Under the pieces are notes generated by a model. It had not been told where the DNA came from, made no database searches, and saw only the letters and a program-made list of their open reading frames with translations. 64,000 nucleotides of DNA, taken from positions 744,001 to 808,000 of the forward strand of contig LSRY02000004.1 of NCBI GenBank assembly GCA_001643675.2. Direction: 5' to 3'. Shown piece by piece: positions 59,501-64,000 of this stretch (positions are counted from its first letter, which is position 1; each line of letters opens with the position of its first letter). A program made the position numbers and the translations under genes. Source of the DNA: Monocercomonoides exilis PA203 (Eukaryota; Protista; Preaxostyla).

Positions 59501-62500
59501 TTTGATAGCCCCTGACGCGCGAGTTGTGCTGAATATTATTTATTGGGAAGGATCAGTAAAAGAATCAGATGAAACGAACACAAAATGGGTAAGTGACGAT
59601 TCTACACCTCAAGAAATAAATATGTCAATATTGCTTTATATGTTTCCTCAGTCAGACGAAATTGTGTATGTAGAAAGTGGAGGGTCTAATGTTGTTGTTT
59701 GTGGATTTATAGACATGCCTTGCTCGAGCATTTATCGTGCGTTTGCAGCTTTAAGAGAAAGTCAAAGCATCATTCATTTGAACGACAAAAATGAGCTTAA
59801 TGATACAATTGAATCATATGGAAAGCCACTCACAATTGAAGGAGAAAGGACAGTAAGATCAGAGCTGACAATTGATGAATGTGGCTGCTTTTCTTTGAGT
59901 GCAGGAACGGATGCAACACTATTTACGCTTTCTCAGCTTATTTTCGTTTTGCCTCTTCCGCAGCAAGGAGCACAAAGCATGGTTAACTCTATGATTTTTG
60001 TCAGGGTAGGTCGATTTTCTGTTGTTAATTGTCTCTTTGGAACAAATGGTGACTCATTCGTTGCAACAGGCATGTTTATTTCGTCGGTGGTTGGAGGATT
60101 CTTCAGTCTTGATTCAGTTTCATTCTCAAAACTAAAATTTTCTGGAGAAAGTGGGATTACACACACAAGTTGTGGAAGAGTATTGATGGAAAATTGTAAT
60201 GTAACTTATGTTTCAAGTGAAGGAGAAGGATTAATAATAAGTGAAGCAGGAAGCATCGTATCTTTTGAGGATGTTCAAGTGAAGGCAAACGAAAACGGGA
60301 ATGGATATTTCTTGAAAACTATTAATGCGAATCAGATTGAAATATCGGAAGGATGCACTTTTCAAGGAATTCATTCTGCAGCAAATGATGGGGGTTTCCT
60401 TCATTGTGAAATGAGCGATGAAGGAGAATTGAGTATTAAAGACTCAAAGATTCTATTGTGCTCCGTTTCAACGTTAAGCGGAAGGGGAGGAGGAATATTC
60501 TTGCATCTATTATCTGAAGCAAATTGCAATTATCAGTTTACCAATATTTTCTTTTCAGAAAATGCTGCAAAATATGGGAAAGATATTTTCTTTTCTTGTG
60601 TTGATTTGAACAAAAGCGTAAGCTCTTCGAGATTTGAAGCACTCATTGGAGACGAAATGGGAGCAGCAATTGAAATGGAAGGAATGGACGAACTAGTCTT
60701 TAATGAAGCTCCAATTGATTTGTTTTTGTTTTTGATACAGAGAAAGGCGGGAGAAATCATTATTTCAGATCTTGCATTTGATATATTGGGCTGTGGAACA
60801 GAAGAATATCCTTGTAATTCATTCTGGAGGGGTTATATGAACATCAATTTTATGCTTTCTAAAAAGACACTGAATATCATGCAATCAACAAAGGTAACAG
60901 ATGCTTTTGACTTGTCAGGATTCACTGTACGTTCATCTGATGGATTTTCATATTGTTCAATTTTTGTTGATTCAACAATTTCTTCATCTTTGCCTTCTTC
61001 ATCATCTTCATTAGCTGTTTTTACATCCTCGTCAGAAACAAGTTTTCAACGAATAACATTTCACATTCCTTCTAATTTCACTTCTGATCATCGAAATTTG
61101 TTTTCCTCAAATTCTGAAAGCGAGCTTTCATTTATCAATATCACATTCTCCTCGTTATCATCTTCATCATCTTGTTCATTGGACTATAAATTGATAACTG
61201 CAGCAGGCAATTTTGTTTTGTTGAAGAGATGTGTTGTCAAATCGCTTTTATTTTCTGAGGCGCCGCTGCTGTTAATGTGCTTTTCAAATATCAGTGAATG
61301 TAATTTCGAAGGTATTTCATCATTGAATTGTGAAGAAGGAGGAATTATGAAAGTTGCATTGAGTGAAGATAATAAAATGATAATTGAAAACAGCTCGATG
61401 AAGCTGTGCTCTTGTTCATTGAGCAATGGAAGAGGAGGGGCTGTATTCATCAACTGCTCATCAGCAAATCAGAAATTACCTTTTAAATTTAACTCGACAA
61501 TATTTGAAGAGAATAACGCATTTACTGGTAAGAATGTATTCATCATAAGTTCTGATTTGAACCAAACTGTGTCAGAGCTTTCTTTTGCATTTGATTATTC
61601 GATATTTGCTGATGACTCAAATGCATTTTCTGGAAGCGATGGAAGGTCAATCGATGTGGATCTATTTCGATATCTAATTTGGTATCAATCTGATGCAGTT
61701 TATCTGTCTTCAACTGGGTGCGATGTTAAGCGGTGCGGAAGCGAGGCAGATCCATGTGAAAGCTTTTGGAAAGGGATGATGCAAGTGGATGGAGAAGCTT
61801 CGCGAAAGAAAATGATTATTGACGGATCAACAATCATCAGAGACATATTTGACTTGTCAAATTTCTCTGTTGAATCACAAAAAAGTGAAATTGAAGAGGA
61901 AGTTAAGTCTGCACTAAATATGGATATAAATTCTATGATCAAAAATCAATATTTTTTGCTTCTCAAATCAATTTCTATTTTCACTTTGGCCTCTTTTATG
62001 AATGCAGAAAAGACTGTAATTTTGAACGAAATAGGTGAGCTGCAATTTAGCGATTGTGCTCTTTCTTCATATGCATCGACACAGCAGCCAGGGGATTATT
62101 CATTTGTAATTTCTAAAAGTGGAATTGTTAAAGCAGATAAACTTTTAATCCAATACATCAATGCGATTCAGTCAATTTTCATTCTGGAAAGGAATTGTAA
62201 ATGTGAGCTCTCAAAAATTTCTGTCAACTCAATTCGAATGGTTTCAGGCTGTATGTTCTGTTTTGTTGACGTTACAGCAAAAGCTCAATATATCAAAACA
62301 GAATTTGTGTGCTTCAATTCAAGCTTCACAACAATAACTGGAGAAGATAACAAGCCTGCTTGTCTTTCCGTTGAGAAGAATGAACCCCTTGTGCTGGAGA
62401 TAAATAACACAATATTTGATTCGTGCAAAGCAAATGTTTCAGAAAAGGGAGGGATGGAATATTTTGTGCTGAACGAAGAGAGTTCGATGAGGATGTCCCA

Positions 62501-64000
62501 GTGCCAAATTGTACAATGCGGATGTTCGAAGCAGATAGGAAAGGGAGGTGGGATCTTCATTTTTTCTGAGTTATTTGGAAAACTTGATTTTGCTTTCATA
62601 AAATGCTACTTTGATGGAAATGTTGCTTGGAAAGGAAAAGACGTTTTCGTGGAATGTCGGAATATTGAATCTCAAATAAATGAAACACAATTTCTATTTG
62701 AATTTCAAGAAGAGAACGAAAAGATGAATTACGACATCTTTGGAATTGATGCGGTTTACGACGAACCTATTGATTTAATGGACTTCATCACAATTTATCA
62801 GCAAAACACCATCATTGTGTCTTCAGCCCAATCAAAAAATGGCAATAATAGTCGTCAATGTGGAACTACAAAACTACCATGCAGAACAGTTGGATATGGA
62901 ACAAATCATTTGTTTGGCAAATTTCTAAGAATGCTTGTGGTAGATGAAGAAGGCGCTATTGAACAAGAAGTCATTTTTGAAGATTTGACTTTTAAATCAC
63001 TGAACAAACTGAATGCAGATGTGCTTTTTGAAGGAAATCCTCAGAAAACGAGAGATTATTTAATAGAAGCAAAATCAGATGTATCGATTAAGTTTCTATC
63101 ATTTAATTTTACTTTTTCTCAAATTGAGCACAATCACGTTCTTCATATCAGCAACGGAACACTAACGGTTTTCAATTGCAATTTTGCTTCAGCAGATAGT
63201 CAACAACATTTGTCTGTGCACAATCTTTTTTGTGCTGAATCAACAAATTTCACTCTCCAAGAAGTGAATATTCATGACTTGAATTGCTTTTCTTTAGTGC
63301 AATCAAAAGAAGGCAGTTTATTGATAAAAGAAGCGGAAATTGTGAATGTTATTTGCGAAGATTACGGAATTGGCATTGAGGATTCCGAACTGACTATCTC
63401 TTCTTCATGCTTCGAAAAAGTTAAAGCAAATTCGATAAAAGCGGTCGCTTTTGTCAACATTTCTAATGACAAAATTTTTTATGCTGCAAACTGTTCATTT
63501 GTGGAATGTTCTTCTCTATCCAAAAAAGGAAAATGTGTTCAACTGATTCATTCAAGAACTTCAACAATTGAATCGTGTTTGTTTTCACTCAACGAGCAAA
63601 GAAAACAAAGAATTCAAACGAATCATATTCTTGAAGAAATCTGTCGTTGGAATGGTTCGTTTGTTGATTTGGAGAATTGTTCAACAAAAATAAAAGACTC
63701 TATATTTGCAAATAGTGAAAATGGAGCGTTAACCATCAAAGGAAAAGAAACAATTATTGAAAATTGTGAGTTCAGAAACAACAGCAAAGAAATAGACGGA
63801 TATCTTTCAGCAAGAAGAAATATCATTTGCACTGGTGGTGGATCATTGAACATAAAAAGCATGAAAGGTGGAGATGAAGCACTCCCAAATGCATCACTAT
63901 GGATATTAAATGAAGGATGTGAGTTGGCAGGGATAGCATCAAGTAGATCATCGGCGTTTTTCATCCCAAGTCTGGAAATGGTGGAAAGAACTGAGAAAGA
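53583..64000 (+). CDS. Giant intronless secreted/surface protein with repeated beta-helix-like GGxI and CG-x5-C modules (3' end outside window, >3,470 aa)
   Basis: ATG at 53583 with a hydrophobic N-terminus (MSCFVLYFNLLIFNIFDC). The ORF track has no stop-terminated + ORF in this frame, so it runs off the window. Repeating GGAI/GGGIYL, F..C.A.KG..F and CG....PC.(T/S) motifs. Confidence 0.9.
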   Translation, partial: MSCFVLYFNLLIFNIFDCNVECSQYMKDVYTNEQLDLIYDFFDKKLSTTFSDHYRSVFKKITWNGDYGNEGLNACGGSVITSTLSEKSFFNMKNSTFSLHNVNVFPLHCNYVVGCSDSSSFRLSSCQLKIFDSKIKNFIRINSSIVNLNNFSLSFGARSFFPNQLAIGVDDSYLCTLQNSLSISSSIFSSFILSTHDFLSHRCLSSINLQNSLFYNISLLKSSCSSTEGDVKFPSEQNTMIASCVMENTDNGYDGGIVSGMRVCRGTFRARNSSFLLSSRSSCQRISHDSSVETDIDGCLFVKLKTNEFGGAICHNSSGDCMVRNSEFIECYSSAGGACLLRYSGNMTLSGCNFSNCSSNGWAGSVDTYCNSKNYHINCDYSNSSTNWGGGSVALMYSSPGDCMTEVSFSHGKLNQSDLESGGGVWCTNSFALVFSECSFCSCLSVNSVGGAMAFSARVFDSLSTKLSFCFFEGNEAKGVGADIYASEEWSSIFVKENVHICRSISVSQTLVWVGSDDRSDLFIRYFSPIEVNSFNGIDNPLCGCQDRKCRTIKYSFSVANPSASPNHINVAAGQFEEEGINISKLDIAVTGRIDETTIISKVSNVSLFSLSEGKLSFDSFSIIHSSQTAESASQSLIFVSSNGIFNIKNCKISTDTSQQNEFSSPFLDIIRGSVTIVNCEIGSVVFLNTPLIRASDSAELILTNTKIIAIHRNLGNGAAIESEMVSDGIIKINNVTLSDCRCLSGNGGGICCLMRSGNVFDIGNSAAALFSSCAVPVSAAKKGKGGGIFLIVEDSECDFSLKNLTFSNCSAWKGRNLFVDAPTLKDIMYNSSIGFSRTGMNDEDLMGYEQGYRDIPVPLIPYLKSFSSPAFVGGMKERDFNACGFIDYPCSTIEKAVSVRFHNSAKSLILRSGFVWKEEIELSGYDWSFQCEETGDEIIVAPSVEPTSQALITANQQTQFINVIFLLPETLSRTTKQFMCCQGFSLRLTSCEIKPVTGITSIGFVPFTATSGIIIATNLVCSSFSLESQPLLSLAGISVIGEFNRITVESVSTTAECGFFEVKSGSTLKMSNSLITSSVTPSANAFLKTSTASTIELVNNTLSNFERNGFNGGCFECTLTDGAFLSVIGGSFNNCKIVGGNGGALSIKMDAQSRFCIGNISTAEDVVSFSSCSASKKTEENTGFGGGIYLHAEENAKNFVLKEISFSVCTAEKGNDLFVYGYNLSAIINEDSFAFHPTLTDFSKFVGFEKCTTDTSYCIPLVVFLWNNFTSNGFASESEGGDFGKCGFSEVPCKTIDHLILTRLTPFSAEHNTITILSEASIRKTSDISFSSSPSFSSLPSLIIKGNSCGTKLSIFDEKLVDQSSLLHSSIELSLMNLTFSLPPSLNETRSWLVSSNKSLSFFNCSLELREGNGLTYSLIFIEGGTFFASQMDIGSISSEIAISTTAPLIVIQVTDLASFMSCSFENVNHMQGNGSCIEVENLLTSAKLIISNCTFSECFATAKEGAGGALLGSIADGAFVEVNDSSFNSCRVTDDESFGRRLGGGMYLDFIGTTSRFQFCNISFESCVAWKGKNIFLRADSLSSKVTKKTMNFTFDVETSETPDLDELSGAENGNTNYMIPLVLLLRNFSGSCFVGGENGIDDFLCGFEDYSCQTILYAGAYRFGASKAPIRLLPTFSFKDRLNLNSQALYIDSIKDEAQILVESSGNGEGNALIETSIEVNISGICFVLPSTFSPSTRTALFSCSASSLSFSGCSISVPSFSLMYSFLVASNGTIIQNKLKICNTAFETTSGFIFRGDGTKGSFIQIDFQNVTTEAENGLIRVDSGASLSVENSQITDSSMISSEVIRSQLTTAMQLKNSSFRNIERRSGNGALLVGAVGGGRKYSIANCSIEKSYCIENGNIKGGGIVAEVKRDGEWEFEKNNVKDCTVDGLHGFGGGMYLRFAEASVKYSMKNNHFESNNAKLGKDVYLIAPDARVVLNIIYWEGSVKESDETNTKWVSDDSTPQEINMSILLYMFPQSDEIVYVESGGSNVVVCGFIDMPCSSIYRAFAALRESQSIIHLNDKNELNDTIESYGKPLTIEGERTVRSELTIDECGCFSLSAGTDATLFTLSQLIFVLPLPQQGAQSMVNSMIFVRVGRFSVVNCLFGTNGDSFVATGMFISSVVGGFFSLDSVSFSKLKFSGESGITHTSCGRVLMENCNVTYVSSEGEGLIISEAGSIVSFEDVQVKANENGNGYFLKTINANQIEISEGCTFQGIHSAANDGGFLHCEMSDEGELSIKDSKILLCSVSTLSGRGGGIFLHLLSEANCNYQFTNIFFSENAAKYGKDIFFSCVDLNKSVSSSRFEALIGDEMGAAIEMEGMDELVFNEAPIDLFLFLIQRKAGEIIISDLAFDILGCGTEEYPCNSFWRGYMNINFMLSKKTLNIMQSTKVTDAFDLSGFTVRSSDGFSYCSIFVDSTISSSLPSSSSSLAVFTSSSETSFQRITFHIPSNFTSDHRNLFSSNSESELSFINITFSSLSSSSSCSLDYKLITAAGNFVLLKRCVVKSLLFSEAPLLLMCFSNISECNFEGISSLNCEEGGIMKVALSEDNKMIIENSSMKLCSCSLSNGRGGAVFINCSSANQKLPFKFNSTIFEENNAFTGKNVFIISSDLNQTVSELSFAFDYSIFADDSNAFSGSDGRSIDVDLFRYLIWYQSDAVYLSSTGCDVKRCGSEADPCESFWKGMMQVDGEASRKKMIIDGSTIIRDIFDLSNFSVESQKSEIEEEVKSALNMDINSMIKNQYFLLLKSISIFTLASFMNAEKTVILNEIGELQFSDCALSSYASTQQPGDYSFVISKSGIVKADKLLIQYINAIQSIFILERNCKCELSKISVNSIRMVSGCMFCFVDVTAKAQYIKTEFVCFNSSFTTITGEDNKPACLSVEKNEPLVLEINNTIFDSCKANVSEKGGMEYFVLNEESSMRMSQCQIVQCGCSKQIGKGGGIFIFSELFGKLDFAFIKCYFDGNVAWKGKDVFVECRNIESQINETQFLFEFQEENEKMNYDIFGIDAVYDEPIDLMDFITIYQQNTIIVSSAQSKNGNNSRQCGTTKLPCRTVGYGTNHLFGKFLRMLVVDEEGAIEQEVIFEDLTFKSLNKLNADVLFEGNPQKTRDYLIEAKSDVSIKFLSFNFTFSQIEHNHVLHISNGTLTVFNCNFASADSQQHLSVHNLFCAESTNFTLQEVNIHDLNCFSLVQSKEGSLLIKEAEIVNVICEDYGIGIEDSELTISSSCFEKVKANSIKAVAFVNISNDKIFYAANCSFVECSSLSKKGKCVQLIHSRTSTIESCLFSLNEQRKQRIQTNHILEEICRWNGSFVDLENCSTKIKDSIFANSENGALTIKGKETIIENCEFRNNSKEIDGYLSARRNIICTGGGSLNIKSMKGGDEALPNASLWILNEGCELAGIASSRSSAFFIPSLEMVERTEK

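Noticed and set aside
55715-63964. Minus-strand ORFs with PPPFP motifs
   Set aside because: They are antisense shadows of the Gly-rich GGG motifs in the giant plus-strand ORF.
1-64000. Non-standard genetic code (TAA/TAG=Gln, as in some oxymonads and diplomonads)
   Set aside because: Conserved genes end at TAA, TAG or TGA where expected, and 8-10 kb frames contain no in-frame TAR.
53583-64000. Bacterial contamination or a recent horizontal insert, suggested by the lack of introns
   Set aside because: It is contiguous with eukaryotic VPS51 across a 341-bp AT-rich divergent promoter, has host-like codon usage and short Ser runs, and shows no operon-like features.

Overview
This is gene-dense eukaryotic DNA with short AT-rich spliceosomal introns and the standard genetic code. 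The inferred source is an oxymonad/metamonad protist resembling Monocercomonoides, based on extreme poly-Ser expansions, GTTTG-type donors and a giant GGxI/CG..PC repeat surface-protein family. Genes read from the sequence, in order: a partial Ser-rich ORF, V-ATPase subunit C, CCDC151/ODAD3, U2 snRNA, TBCCD1, a hypothetical, WDR93, two more hypotheticals, DUF3228, eukaryote-type PPAT, a ~2,950-aa PPP4R4-like HEAT protein, a PHO80-type cyclin, VPS51, and the first ~3,470 codons of an intronless modular surface protein. The most unusual structure is at 26.0-27.4 kb, a cluster of three long foldback (near-palindromic) elements. Two are young, TA-flanked and share internal motifs, and one of these sits inside the arm of an older decayed palindrome. 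Splicing signals are also unusual: a GT[T/A/G]TG donor consensus, three probable GC-AG introns, and many AAG acceptors. All exon structures and homology calls were made by eye from remembered family motifs, not from searches.
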